Assembly (NCBI GenBank): GCA_963668625.2
Contig: CAXXKA010000010.1
Location: 352,001-416,000, forward strand
DNA length: 64,000 nucleotides
DNA from: an uncultured candidate division Zixibacteria bacterium
GTDB lineage: Bacteria; Zixibacteria; MSB-5A5; UBA10806; 4484-95
Direction: 5' to 3'
Shown here: one piece after another, positions 29,388-39,611 of the stretch
How the letters are laid out: every line of letters begins with the position of its first letter
How positions within the stretch are numbered: the first letter of the stretch is position 1
Notes under the pieces: generated by a model
Database searches by the model: none
Seen by the model: only the letters and a program-made list of their open reading frames with translations
What the model was told of the DNA's origin: nothing
Program-made: the position numbers and the translations under genes

Positions 29388-31322
29388 ATGTATAGAATTA
29401 TCATTTCAGTATTCATTGCTTTAAGTTTGGCGGTCTTTTTTCTAATCGCTTGCGAGGAGACAACCACCGAACCGGGGATTTACTCGGTTAACCTGAATGT
29501 TACCGTACCTGCGGGCGATGATGATTTCTCGGATATGGTAGGTAATACCGCCTCTTTGTATATCTATCAAAGTGAAACCGCCGTTGCTGCGATTTATAGC
29601 GGCAACGCTGATGTCACCAGCACCGGGTTCTCAATCGAAATTACGGAGATCGACGAGGCCGAATATTTTATGCTGCTGGTAATTGATTCGGATGGTACCC
29701 CGGCCAGCGGTTCGGTGATGGAGCGCGGCGATATTATCTGGGCCAGCATGGATGTTGACGTTAACGGCGCTCTGACTATCAATCTCGATAAAAGTTACCT
29801 GCAAAGGTATCACTCGGTGATGGTCGGCGTCCGCGGTTACGCATCAGCCAATGTAGGCGATTTAGTTGCCTGTGCTTTGATGGAAGACGGGGCAAGTTAC
29901 TGGAATCTTAACGATAATATCGAGTGGGGATCGTACCAGAAGTTATACAATCAAACCGCCGTATTCGCCTTGAGCCCGATCGGATCGAGCGATACCGGGG
30001 TCGATGATTCGCTCCAATACCAGGCCTGGATGAACGAAGAACTGGCTACCGACGATTACGATTTGTTCTTCCTGGTCGATGAGGATGGCACGATTGATGA
30101 TTACGAAGACGATGATGAACTCAATCCGCTCTCACCGGGCGATCTCTATTATGAGTACGGTTTCGACTATGACGCCTCGGAGGCGGCTGATATGTATACC
30201 TATCTCACAGCTACTTTCGCCGAAATACAATTCAGCGATATCACCCTGACCGTTAACTATACTATTCCGGATGACGAGGTTGCTCATGTAACCGGCGATA
30301 CCATCGCTTTATCGATCTGGTCAAACCCGGGAGATGAAAACCCGGTGTCTGAGACGGAGCAAGTAGTTTCCGGAGCGACAGGCTCATTGGCCCTGGATAG
30401 TATCCCGGAGGGGACATATGCAATAACTGTCACGATCGGTGATGAGGATGAGGGTTCACTCGAAGTGCAGGAAGAGTTTATCGCCTGGGCCGGTTTGGAT
30501 GTCGAGATAAGCGATGATTTAAGCATCGGTATAGGCGATTCCATGTGGCAGTATGTCGATGGGGACCTAGTGATCGGAGTTCGCGGTATTGACTCTCAAT
30601 ACGAGGGCGAGTTCGTTTTGCTGGCGCTTTTTGCCGATGCCGGTGATTACTACAATTTCCACAATTTCGAAAATTTCATAATGGCCGGCTACGGTTATGT
30701 ATTCAATAATGCTTGTGTGATCGTGCCGCATAACAACAATGAGCAAGATTCCGAGTTCGAGCTTGCACCGGGTAACTACGATCTGGTTGCGCTAATCGAC
30801 ACTAACGGTTCACCTGACTACTACGATGGTATAAACCTGGATTCCGTCGGTATGTGGAGCCCATACGAGGCTGGCGATCCATTCGATATAATCGACATAT
30901 CTTATGATACGACAGATTCCAATGGTGACCTCCAAATTTATACCGGCTCGTTCTCCAATATGCTTGCAGTTTCAGGTGCCGTGACCTGCTCCGCCTGGAC
31001 CTCCGGCGGTGGTGATATCTACATCCTGTCATTCGATTCGAATCCGTTCGAGGATGATTCGAGCAGTGGCGATAACGATCCACTTGCTTTTGATATTCTC
31101 AGTCAACCTGGCGCGTACGAATTCCCGGTGTTCCCGAATTTCAGTGGTTACGTTGTTGGTATGTGGGATGTCAATGACTCTGGTCTCGATGAGGGGCCTG
31201 ACGCCGGAGATTACATCGGTTTCTACGGCGACTCGATGGATTCGTTAACTCAAGTGCAAGTATTAAGCTCGGATGTTGACAACATCGATATTGTCATCGA
31301 ATTCGAATACTCTGAAGATTAA
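29388..31322 (+). CDS. Acidic lipoprotein with internal duplication
   Basis: Lipobox LIAC; Asp/Glu-rich; two similar halves. Confidence 0.75.
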   Translation: MYRIIISVFIALSLAVFFLIACEETTTEPGIYSVNLNVTVPAGDDDFSDMVGNTASLYIYQSETAVAAIYSGNADVTSTGFSIEITEIDEAEYFMLLVIDSDGTPASGSVMERGDIIWASMDVDVNGALTINLDKSYLQRYHSVMVGVRGYASANVGDLVACALMEDGASYWNLNDNIEWGSYQKLYNQTAVFALSPIGSSDTGVDDSLQYQAWMNEELATDDYDLFFLVDEDGTIDDYEDDDELNPLSPGDLYYEYGFDYDASEAADMYTYLTATFAEIQFSDITLTVNYTIPDDEVAHVTGDTIALSIWSNPGDENPVSETEQVVSGATGSLALDSIPEGTYAITVTIGDEDEGSLEVQEEFIAWAGLDVEISDDLSIGIGDSMWQYVDGDLVIGVRGIDSQYEGEFVLLALFADAGDYYNFHNFENFIMAGYGYVFNNACVIVPHNNNEQDSEFELAPGNYDLVALIDTNGSPDYYDGINLDSVGMWSPYEAGDPFDIIDISYDTTDSNGDLQIYTGSFSNMLAVSGAVTCSAWTSGGGDIYILSFDSNPFEDDSSSGDNDPLAFDILSQPGAYEFPVFPNFSGYVVGMWDVNDSGLDEGPDAGDYIGFYGDSMDSLTQVQVLSSDVDNIDIVIEFEYSED

Positions 31323-31352
31323 AATCCGGTTTGTAATTGAGATTTAGAATTG

Positions 31353-31385
31353 AGGCGCTGCTCAACCGGGCAGCGCTTTTTTTTG
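31353..31385 (+). terminator. Intrinsic terminator
   Basis: GGCGCTGCTC-aacc-GGGCAGCGCT plus T run. Confidence 0.8.
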
Positions 31386-31466
31386 TTTTCAAACTCCGAT
31401 TTGGAAACAGATATATTCGATAAACCTGGTTTCGATTTTGATTTTATTTTCGATAGAATGTCAAAA

Positions 31467-31522
31467 AATACGTGGGTTACAAAATCGGAGTTTTGTAATC
31501 AGTACAGCTGGCTTAAGTCGGC
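31467..31522. repeat. ~55-bp palindromic repeat, copy 1 (copy 2 at 61125-61181)
   Basis: TTACAAAAtcggagTTTTGTAA hairpin followed by CAGTACAGCTGGCTTAAGTCG. Confidence 0.65.
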
Positions 31523-31557
31523 TGAATAGAAACCGCAGCCCAGTGGCCGGTGGTAGT

Positions 31558-32808
31558 TTACTTGATACCCTTTATATGACGTCTTAAAACATCTAATGCA
31601 TAAAAAGCGGAGCGTTCTCGATTACGTTCCCTCACCGGACCGGCATTGTATTTTTTGGCAAACGATTCGTTCTTATTCGCCAGGCCTATGAATGTTAACC
31701 CGATTGGCTTCTCTGGCGTGGCACCGGTAGGGCCGGCGATACCGGTAATCGATATACCGTAATCCGCGCCGGTTAGTTTTCTGACGCCCTCGGCCATTGC
31801 TATTGCTGTTTGTTCCGATACCGCCCCATACTGCTCTAAAGTGGTTTCGGGTACGCCCAGCACCCTGGCTTTGATATCGTTGGAATAGGATATGACCCCG
31901 CCCAGAAAATACCGCGAGGCCCCGGGGATATCGGTTAGTGTTTTACCGAGGTAACCCCCCGTGCACGATTCGGCAACAGCCAACGTGCTCCGTGATTGAA
32001 CCAGCATTTCACCTATTACCGATGGCAAGGTATCATCATCATGGCCGTAAATATAATCACCGATTCTCTCGTTAAACGACCGTTCGAGCTTATCGATTTT
32101 TTGTCTGGCGGTTTCGATATCTTTTCCCGAGCAGGTCAATCGAAGTGTCACGCCTTTGGCCGCCGGTAAAAACGCGATGGAGATACTGGATTTCTCATCG
32201 ATGAGATCTTTGACTCTCTCGAAAATCTCCGACTCGATTATTCCGACCGTGTTCAAACGTCTGTGATGAATTACTTCATCTCCGATACGTTTTTTCAATA
32301 ACGGCACTAGCTCCTCGGTTACCATTATTTTCATCTCTTTAGGTACACCAGGCATGGCCACGAACAGCTTACCGCGCTCATCGAAAACGATACCCAGCGC
32401 CGAGCCGATTTTATTGTCGAGAAAACTCGCGCCCTGCGGTAATAACGCCTGATTTTGATTGATGGGCGGCATCTTAATACCGATTTTAGCGTATTTCCCC
32501 TCCAACTCGGCCAATACGTCCTCGTGAAAAACCAACTGGCGTTTGTAATATTTGCAAATGACTTTCTTGGTGATATCATCATGGGTAGGCCCAAGACCGC
32601 CTGTAGCGAGTACGACATCGGCGCGGTTTATAGCGGTCGAGATTGCGTTTATCATACGTTCGGGGTTGTCGGCAACGGTTGTATGATAGATCAGATCGAC
32701 GCCTATCTCGGCTAATTTCTGTCCGATGAAAGCGGCATTAGTGTCAATAGTGTGACCATAAATCAGCTCATCACCTATGGTAATTAGCTCAGCTTTTATC
32801 ATATCCAA
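31558..32808 (-). CDS. cinA: Competence/damage-inducible protein CinA (PncC domain)
   Basis: IGDEL..G..IDTN, GGLGPTHDDIT, AESCTGG, TGIAGP. Confidence 0.95.
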   Translation of the reverse strand: MDMIKAELITIGDELIYGHTIDTNAAFIGQKLAEIGVDLIYHTTVADNPERMINAISTAINRADVVLATGGLGPTHDDITKKVICKYYKRQLVFHEDVLAELEGKYAKIGIKMPPINQNQALLPQGASFLDNKIGSALGIVFDERGKLFVAMPGVPKEMKIMVTEELVPLLKKRIGDEVIHHRRLNTVGIIESEIFERVKDLIDEKSSISIAFLPAAKGVTLRLTCSGKDIETARQKIDKLERSFNERIGDYIYGHDDDTLPSVIGEMLVQSRSTLAVAESCTGGYLGKTLTDIPGASRYFLGGVISYSNDIKARVLGVPETTLEQYGAVSEQTAIAMAEGVRKLTGADYGISITGIAGPTGATPEKPIGLTFIGLANKNESFAKKYNAGPVRERNRERSAFYALDVLRRHIKGIK

Positions 32809-33293
32809 CCTGCCCCTAGCTTTCTGAATAGTACGATTATCAATTGTAGTACGATAGCCGCGTAAACACCGGCGGCAATATCATCTGCGACTATACCATA
32901 ACCGCCGTGGAATTTCTCCCATTTGCGCGCCGGTTGAGGTTTGACTATGTCAGCCGCCCGGAAAAGCATGAAACCGATCAGGTACGCCAAAATATTATGC
33001 GGCGCCATGAACAACGCTATCATCTGGCCGATTACCTCATCTATAACGATCGGGCTGCCATCATGGCCATAATAGGCAACGGCTTTATCGGCAAAATAAA
33101 CCGCAAACGGATAGAACGCCAGTATTGCCAGCATCTGGTAATACCATTGTTCGGGCCAGGCAAACCATAATATAACACATGTCAGAAGTGAGCCCCAGGT
33201 ACCGGGCGCGTATGGAAGTTTCCCCGTAAACAAGGCGGTGGCGAAAAGTTTGCGGAGTACATCAGTCGGTCTATTGGAATTATTTTCTGTCAA
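32799..33293 (-). CDS. pgpA: Phosphatidylglycerophosphatase A
   Basis: APGTWGS, IVIDEVIG, FR..DIVKP, G.GIVADD. Confidence 0.94.
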   Translation of the reverse strand: MTENNSNRPTDVLRKLFATALFTGKLPYAPGTWGSLLTCVILWFAWPEQWYYQMLAILAFYPFAVYFADKAVAYYGHDGSPIVIDEVIGQMIALFMAPHNILAYLIGFMLFRAADIVKPQPARKWEKFHGGYGIVADDIAAGVYAAIVLQLIIVLFRKLGAGWI

Positions 33294-33877
33294 CGAAGTA
33301 ATCCTTTCAGTAAACTGCCGGATTTCATCAGGTAGTCCAGCCCGGTTCCGACTGTCAAGATAACCGTAATCGATATCATAACATCAAAAACGGTCATTGT
33401 CACGGGGGATGTGAACATAGCCCAGTTATAACCTGCCGGAACCATCCATGTTTTCAGGTTGATAAACACCAGTATCATCGACAGCACGGTCATCTGCGAG
33501 GCGGTTTTCCACTGAGCCGCTCTCGAGGGTGTAATCATCATACCCTTATACGCGGCAATCGAGCGCAGGCCTATAATAAAAAATTCCCGCACGATAATAG
33601 TGGTCACCATCCAGGGTTGAGCGTAGCCGAGGTTGGCAAATGAGATAAAAGCCGTTGAAACGAGAATCTTATCGGCAATAGGATCCATGAACTTACCGAA
33701 ATTGGTGAGAGTGCCCATGCGACGCGCCAGATAGCCGTCGAATAAATCGGTCAGAGCGGCTATTATGAATACGATTGTTGCCAACAGGCGGCTGAGAGGC
33801 GCCTCGATTAGAAACAGCACCATGAATACGGGGGATAGGAAGATTCTAGAAAGTGTCAGTAAATTCGGTAAATTCAT
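33290..33877 (-). CDS. pgsA: CDP-diacylglycerol--glycerol-3-phosphate 3-phosphatidyltransferase
   Basis: NLPNLLTLSRI, TDLFDGYLAR...FGKFMDPIADK. Confidence 0.96.
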   Translation of the reverse strand: MNLPNLLTLSRIFLSPVFMVLFLIEAPLSRLLATIVFIIAALTDLFDGYLARRMGTLTNFGKFMDPIADKILVSTAFISFANLGYAQPWMVTTIIVREFFIIGLRSIAAYKGMMITPSRAAQWKTASQMTVLSMILVFINLKTWMVPAGYNWAMFTSPVTMTVFDVMISITVILTVGTGLDYLMKSGSLLKGLLR

Positions 33878-33949
33878 AAATTATCCAGTTTATCGTACTC
33901 CGGCTTCCAATTTATAGAATGGGGTGTAAGGTGTCAAACTGTTTAAGTT

Positions 33950-34861
33950 CTAGTGCGGCTTTTTACTTTCGCCCTCCGGCTCCACATGCACGGTAACATC
34001 CATAACGCGCTTATCATACTCGAGTATCATGTGCTTAACACCGGCGGCAATTTCATGGCCTTCACTAACGGTCATATCCGAGGCGACCTCGATATGCACC
34101 TCCATGTGGATAGAATTACCGACATAGCGCATTTTCAGCTTGTGCGGGTTCATGACTTTCGGATATTCTCGAATAAGCCCGTATATCTCTTCTATATATG
34201 TCGTAGGTGGCGCTGTATCTATAATACGTTTAAAGCCCTCGTGAAGTATTTCCCAGCCTACTTTTATGATCAGGGTGGCGACAACCAGGCTGGCGGCCGC
34301 ATCCAGAAACGCCAGGTCGGGAGATATTTGTACTGCTACCAGCCCGATCAATACGGCTATAGATGAAAGGGCATCCGATCTATGATGCCAGGCGTTGGCC
34401 AGCAAGGCTCGATTGCCGGATTTATCGGCTACGTTCTTCGTCCAGCGATAAAGAAGCTCTTTGGCCAGAATCGAAATCGCGGCGGCAACGATAGTTATCG
34501 GTTGAGGCAGTTTATAATCCTGAAGGAAAATGGCAGTGGCTGAATCGTAGGCCAGCTTTAAGGCGACACCTATCAGGATCAATCCCAGGATAAGCTCGGT
34601 CATGGTCTCGATTTTTTCATGCCCGTAATGGTGGTCTTTATCGGCGGGCAACGATCCGAAATGCAGGCCGAGGAACACCACCAGATCGGAGGCCAGATCG
34701 GACACCGAATGCACGGCATCGGCGATTAGTGCCCGGCTATCGCCCATATAGCCGAACGCGAATTTCAGGCCGGCCAGAAGGACATTAATGATAGCTCCGA
34801 CAATAGTAACCCGTTTACCGGAGGCTTTATCGATTTCGACTATTTGGGAATCGGATGACAT
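33950..34861 (-). CDS. Cation diffusion facilitator transporter (FieF-like)
   Basis: ADAVHSVSD, HHYGHEK, NAWHHRSD, VHVEP. Confidence 0.94.
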   Translation of the reverse strand: MSSDSQIVEIDKASGKRVTIVGAIINVLLAGLKFAFGYMGDSRALIADAVHSVSDLASDLVVFLGLHFGSLPADKDHHYGHEKIETMTELILGLILIGVALKLAYDSATAIFLQDYKLPQPITIVAAAISILAKELLYRWTKNVADKSGNRALLANAWHHRSDALSSIAVLIGLVAVQISPDLAFLDAAASLVVATLIIKVGWEILHEGFKRIIDTAPPTTYIEEIYGLIREYPKVMNPHKLKMRYVGNSIHMEVHIEVASDMTVSEGHEIAAGVKHMILEYDKRVMDVTVHVEPEGESKKPH

Positions 34862-34897
34862 CTCGTAATTAATACATTCTCGAATCGGTTAAACTGC

Positions 34898-36442
34898 TTA
34901 ATTCGCCCATGATGGTATAGCCGAACTATAGCCCCACACGGGCAACACTACGAAATATATATAACAGGCAACGATAAATGCTATCGATAAGTTCAATATA
35001 ACCCCGATTTTTGCCATATGGGAAATTTTAATCACGCCCGAGGAGAAAACTATGGCATTAGGCGGCGTAGCTACAGGCAGCATGAATGCCATCGAGGCGG
35101 AGATAGTAGCCGGTATCATTAGTAGCAGCGGATTGAGATTAAGCGCGATAGCCGTACCTTTCATTATCGGCAAAAGCGCGGCGGCCGTGGCCGTGTTCGA
35201 GGTCAGCTCGGTCATGAATGTCAGGATGAGGCAGATTATGAGTACGATTAAAAGCGGGTGAAATACCAGGTAGGGCTTCAACGCCTGCCCGATCTGAATG
35301 TCCAGCCCGGAAAGCGTGAATCCTCCGGCGATAGCGAATCCACCGCCGAATAGCAGGAGTATCCCCCAGGGCAGTTTGATAGCCGTATGCCAGTCCATTA
35401 AGAAAGTATGCTTATAGTCTTTTCCTGCCGGTATTATAAACATCACGATGCCCATAAACATGGCTACTGTAGCATCATGAATCAATTTCGGATTGGGGAG
35501 AATGTTGGACCAGCCCGGTATGGTGAAAAATCCCAATGAAATATTACTTCTGAATATCCACAACAATGCGGTGATAGTAAATATAACGAGCACTTTCTTT
35601 TCCGGCGCGCTCATCGGGCCGAGCTTCTTTAACTCGGCTTTAATTATCTTCCTGCCCGAACCCGTAGCGCTTTTCGTGGGAAATATCAATTTAGCTAATA
35701 TAAACCAGGCAAGCGGCAGAAGGATCAATACCAGTGGCAGGAAAACTGTAAGCCAATTAAAAAAGCTTATCGGCGGGGCATTCGTAAAGCTTTTTTCATA
35801 AACACCCAAAAACAGGATATTCGGCGGCGTGCCTATCGGGGTGGCGATTCCGCCCAGCGAAGCGCCATAAGCGATACCCAGCATGAGGGCGATACCGAAA
35901 TTCGTCTTCTTTTTTCGATTGCTTTCAAGCTCGGAGATTACAGCCATGCCGATCGGCAACATGATAAGCGCCGTGGCCGTGTTGGATATCCACATCGACA
36001 TGAAGGCCGTGCCACCCATGAAACCTAAGATTATTTTCGCCGGCGATGTCCCCAGCAGCAAGGTAATAAGCAGAGATATCCTGCGGTGAAGATTCCATCT
36101 CTCGATTGCCAGCGCGATAATGAAGCCGCCCATGAACAGGTAGATATTGTTGTCGGCGTAATATTTCACCGTTGTTTGCGAGCCTGCTATTCCGAGCAGC
36201 GGAAATAGCACGATCGGCAATAACGAGGTGACCGGTATCGGCAGGCATTGCGATATCCAGAAACAGGCCATCATGAGCACCACCCCGGCGGTTGCCGAGG
36301 CTTTATGAGGTATATCGAAACCGGGCAGATCGAACACGAATATTAGAAACAGGATGAGGCCGAGAATTAAACCGACAATCTTAGATCTGGAGAATATTTC
36401 ATTATTTGTGTTTTCCATAGCTGACATGTTGAATTTTATCAT
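34898..36442 (-). CDS. SLC13/DASS sodium:dicarboxylate/sulfate symporter
   Basis: SMWISNTAT, TPIGTPPN, TELTSNTAT, MLPVATPPNA. Confidence 0.95.
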   Translation of the reverse strand: MIKFNMSAMENTNNEIFSRSKIVGLILGLILFLIFVFDLPGFDIPHKASATAGVVLMMACFWISQCLPIPVTSLLPIVLFPLLGIAGSQTTVKYYADNNIYLFMGGFIIALAIERWNLHRRISLLITLLLGTSPAKIILGFMGGTAFMSMWISNTATALIMLPIGMAVISELESNRKKKTNFGIALMLGIAYGASLGGIATPIGTPPNILFLGVYEKSFTNAPPISFFNWLTVFLPLVLILLPLAWFILAKLIFPTKSATGSGRKIIKAELKKLGPMSAPEKKVLVIFTITALLWIFRSNISLGFFTIPGWSNILPNPKLIHDATVAMFMGIVMFIIPAGKDYKHTFLMDWHTAIKLPWGILLLFGGGFAIAGGFTLSGLDIQIGQALKPYLVFHPLLIVLIICLILTFMTELTSNTATAAALLPIMKGTAIALNLNPLLLMIPATISASMAFMLPVATPPNAIVFSSGVIKISHMAKIGVILNLSIAFIVACYIYFVVLPVWGYSSAIPSWAN

Positions 36443-36559
36443 AATTCGGAAAATATGTAAAGATGTTTGGGTTTGACGTGTTTTGTTAAAAACGCCCTTG
36501 GAAATTCATATTATGATAGTATATTTACTTTAGCCGAACTTAACCGCGAGGTAGGTATT

Positions 36560-37615
36560 ATGAAAATAACACTACAGGCTACATTATTAATACTAATTAT
36601 TATCCTCGTAGTACCGCAAGCAGATGCTGATTCTTTAAGCGTGCTATTTATCGGCAACAGCCATACTTATTATAACGATATGCCTCAAATGTTTTCCCTG
36701 CTTTCCGAATCTGGCGGGCATACCGTGAATGTCGATCAAAGCACACCCGGCGGTTATACGCTCATGCAGCACACCACCAATCAAAACACGCTGGATAAAA
36801 TCTCGCAGGATGGATGGAATTATGTCATCCTGCAGGAGAACAGCCAGTACCCGGTGATCGAATACTTGCGCTATAACAGCATGTATCCGGCCTCGCGCTA
36901 TCTCGATTCACTGATTATCGAGAATGGCGGGCAAACAGCGTTTTTCCTTAGCTGGGGTTGGCGCTACGGAGGTCATTTCGAGATCGATGGTCATGAAAGC
37001 CCGGTGTTCGAGGATTATTTCGAGATGCAGGACACGTTGACCTCAGCCTATACCGAGATTGCTACCGAACTGGAGGCCGCGCTCGTTCCGGTGGGGATTG
37101 CCTGGTCAACAGCGGTTACCAGGGAGCCCGAGTTGGTACTGTGGAATACCGATAACTATCATCCGGCGCTAAACGGCTCTTACCTGACTGCATGTGTTTT
37201 CTATGGCTTATTCTTTAATGAGTCAGCGGTTGGTCTGACATATACTGCCGGATTAGATTCTACCGAGGCGTTGTTCCTTCAGCAAGCGGCTTTTGAATCG
37301 CTAACGGATATACCCGGGCAGGAAACTAGCCTGCCACAAACGAACGAGCTATTGTGCAACTATCCCAACCCGTTTAACAGCAGTACTATTATCGAGTACA
37401 TCCTTCCACGGGATAGTTATGTGAGTCTGAAAGTGTACGATTTGTTGGGCAGGGAGATAAACACGCTTGTCGATTGTGTTCAGTCGGCGGGGAAGCAGTT
37501 TGTTTATTGGCGGGGCCGCAATCAGGATGGCAATAGTGTGAGTTCGGGAGTGTATTTCTATCAGTTATCTTACGATAGTGAAAATGCCGTAAAAAAAATG
37601 ATATATCTCAAATAA
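36560..37615 (+). CDS. Secreted SGNH-like (DUF4886-like) protein with FlgD-Ig/T9SS-like tail
   Basis: Signal peptide from ATG 36560; LFIGNSHT, DNYHP; tail NYPNPFN...SSGVYFY. Confidence 0.82.
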   Translation: MKITLQATLLILIIILVVPQADADSLSVLFIGNSHTYYNDMPQMFSLLSESGGHTVNVDQSTPGGYTLMQHTTNQNTLDKISQDGWNYVILQENSQYPVIEYLRYNSMYPASRYLDSLIIENGGQTAFFLSWGWRYGGHFEIDGHESPVFEDYFEMQDTLTSAYTEIATELEAALVPVGIAWSTAVTREPELVLWNTDNYHPALNGSYLTACVFYGLFFNESAVGLTYTAGLDSTEALFLQQAAFESLTDIPGQETSLPQTNELLCNYPNPFNSSTIIEYILPRDSYVSLKVYDLLGREINTLVDCVQSAGKQFVYWRGRNQDGNSVSSGVYFYQLSYDSENAVKKMIYLK

Positions 37616-37623
37616 TCATTCCG

Positions 37624-38142
37624 ATGATAATTCCACCTTTAAAAGATGACTACCGCCTGGCCAACTGCTGCAATCCCGTTCCAGGTGATGATCTTATCGG
37701 CTTTTTAAAATACGATTCAACTGTCATGTCGGTTCATCGAGCGGACTGCCTTAACCTGGCCAAGGTGGAAATGAGCCGGTTGGTGAAGTTGACCTGGCAG
37801 GAGATCATTAAAGATAATTTCGAAAGGCCAATAGGCGATGAGCCGGATTATAACGTTCTTGATGATATCGATTTCAAGATATTGCATCACCACATGAAGA
37901 TGGGCCGTGATTACGCCGCCGTAGTAGCCCGTCTGACCGGAATAGAAAGAGCGACAGTTTTCGACCGCCACAAGAAACTACGCGATATGAACCTTCTAAC
38001 CAGGGTAAAAGCGCTTATGATGCGTTACCGTAAAGGTATAGTCGACAATAAGTGGGTTAAGCATCGCAATCACACTTATTACGAGTTGACATCCCGGGGA
38101 CTCGAATATATAGAATACTATCAGAAACAAAAGGATGTTTAA
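37624..38142 (+). CDS. RelA/SpoT zinc-finger-like domain fused to a winged-helix (DUF2250-like) domain
   Basis: LANCCNPVPGD.LIG...VHRADC.N; C-terminal KHRNHTYYELTSRG. Confidence 0.65.
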   Translation: MIIPPLKDDYRLANCCNPVPGDDLIGFLKYDSTVMSVHRADCLNLAKVEMSRLVKLTWQEIIKDNFERPIGDEPDYNVLDDIDFKILHHHMKMGRDYAAVVARLTGIERATVFDRHKKLRDMNLLTRVKALMMRYRKGIVDNKWVKHRNHTYYELTSRGLEYIEYYQKQKDV

Positions 38143-38584
38143 AATGATTTTCAGGATTGTTCTGATAGTAATACTTATCGTAGCGGCGGTTACCGTAGTT
38201 CAGAAATTTATACTAGGTTATTACCGCAGGCGGTTACTCTCGGTGGTTGAGGATAGATTCGCCGGCAGGAAAATTATATTGATGGCGTTGAATGCGAACT
38301 ATTTCGGGCATAAAACAGAAGGCGGTAAACAAATCCGCGGCAACGGGGCGCTGGTGTTAACCGAGGATGAACTCTGGTTCAGCCTGGCCGTGCCTCAGCG
38401 CGAATTATCGATACCGATAAATCAGATTACCGCAGTGGAGCTAACCCGGAGCCATCTGGGCAAAACAGTATTCAGATCGCTGTTAGCGGTAAGTTTTAAC
38501 CATCAGGGAAGACAGGAACAGATAGCCTGGGCCGTTAACGATCCCGAAAAATGGCGTGGAGCGATAGAAGGGCTGCGAAAATAA
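38135..38584 (+). CDS. Membrane-anchored hypothetical protein
   Basis: N-terminal TM helix; QIRGNGALVLT motif. Confidence 0.7.
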   Translation: MFKMIFRIVLIVILIVAAVTVVQKFILGYYRRRLLSVVEDRFAGRKIILMALNANYFGHKTEGGKQIRGNGALVLTEDELWFSLAVPQRELSIPINQITAVELTRSHLGKTVFRSLLAVSFNHQGRQEQIAWAVNDPEKWRGAIEGLRK

Positions 38585-38592
38585 CAACTTTA

Positions 38593-39357
38593 TTATATCG
38601 CCTCTTTGGATTCCTCCCACAGCGCATCCATTTCCTCGAGTGTGGAATCGACCGGCGAGCCTCCGTTCTCATACAGCTTGTTTTCTATATATTGAAATCG
38701 TTTTATGAACTTGTTATTGGTCGAATCGAGAGCCTCCTCGGCGCATACTCCCAGGTGACGGCTCAAATTCACCAGCGAGAACAGCAGATCTCCGATCTCA
38801 TCCTGCATCGCGTTCTCATCCCGATCGCTAAATGCGCGTTCGAACTCGGCGAGTTCTTCCTTGATTTTCTCCATAACCTGCTCGGGCTTGTCCCAGTCGA
38901 AACCGATTCGGCCGACTTTCTCCTGTATGCGGTAGGCTTTCAGGAGGGCAGGCAGGGTTTTGGGCACACCGGCCAGCATCGAGCGTTTCTCGTTGGCGCG
39001 CTTCTTGATCGCCTCCCAGCGGTCGAGAACCTCGGAGGGGGTCAGTTCCGTTTTATTCGTAAATACGTGCGGGTGACGTTCGATAAGCTTATCGGAGATC
39101 ATCCGGCAGACAACCTCGATATCGAACTCATCGTTCTCGTGGGCGATCTGGGCATGGAAGACTATTTGCAGCAATAGATCGCCTAACTCCTCGGCCAGCA
39201 CCTTCGGGTCATCGGTATCGATAGCCTCGACTACCTCGTATGTTTCCTCGATGAGGTATGGTTTTAACGATTTATGGTTTTGGGCTTGATCCCAGGGGCA
39301 GCCATCCTTGCCACGAAGGCTTGCCATTATTTCCAGCAGACGTTTAAATTGTTCCAT
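38593..39357 (-). CDS. mazG: Nucleoside triphosphate pyrophosphohydrolase MazG
   Basis: GCPWD.AQ, EETYEV, EELGDLL, RHPHVF, GFDW, EIGDLLF. Confidence 0.96.
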   Translation of the reverse strand: MEQFKRLLEIMASLRGKDGCPWDQAQNHKSLKPYLIEETYEVVEAIDTDDPKVLAEELGDLLLQIVFHAQIAHENDEFDIEVVCRMISDKLIERHPHVFTNKTELTPSEVLDRWEAIKKRANEKRSMLAGVPKTLPALLKAYRIQEKVGRIGFDWDKPEQVMEKIKEELAEFERAFSDRDENAMQDEIGDLLFSLVNLSRHLGVCAEEALDSTNNKFIKRFQYIENKLYENGGSPVDSTLEEMDALWEESKEAI

Positions 39358-39439
39358 GGCATCAAACTATCCGCCACCATATAGGAAGTCAAGGTTATTG
39401 TTTTGCTCCAGAATATATTCCAATTACATTTTTTGGGGA

Positions 39440-39468
39440 TTGACATTTAAGATGGCGATTATTATTAT
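39440..39468 (+). promoter_or_regulatory. Sigma70-type promoter for tRNA-Ser
   Basis: TTGACA-17 bp-TATTAT, 6 bp upstream of the tRNA. Confidence 0.75.
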
Positions 39469-39474
39469 CACTTC

Positions 39475-39563
39475 GGAGAGATGTCCGAGTTGGCCGAAGG
39501 AGCACGCCTGGAAAGTGTGTAGCCCTCAAAAGGGGCTCCAGGGTTCGAATCCCTGTCTCTCCG
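39475..39563 (+). tRNA. tRNA-Ser(GGA)
   Basis: Acceptor GGAGAGA/TCTCTCC; anticodon arm CACGC-CTGGAAA-GTGTG; long variable arm AGCCCT/GGGGCT; GGTTCGAATCC; CCA not encoded. Confidence 0.97.
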
Positions 39564-39611
39564 TTTCCTGTTTTTCAAACAACAAATGATGTTGGTTCTA
39601 CTATCGCCCTT

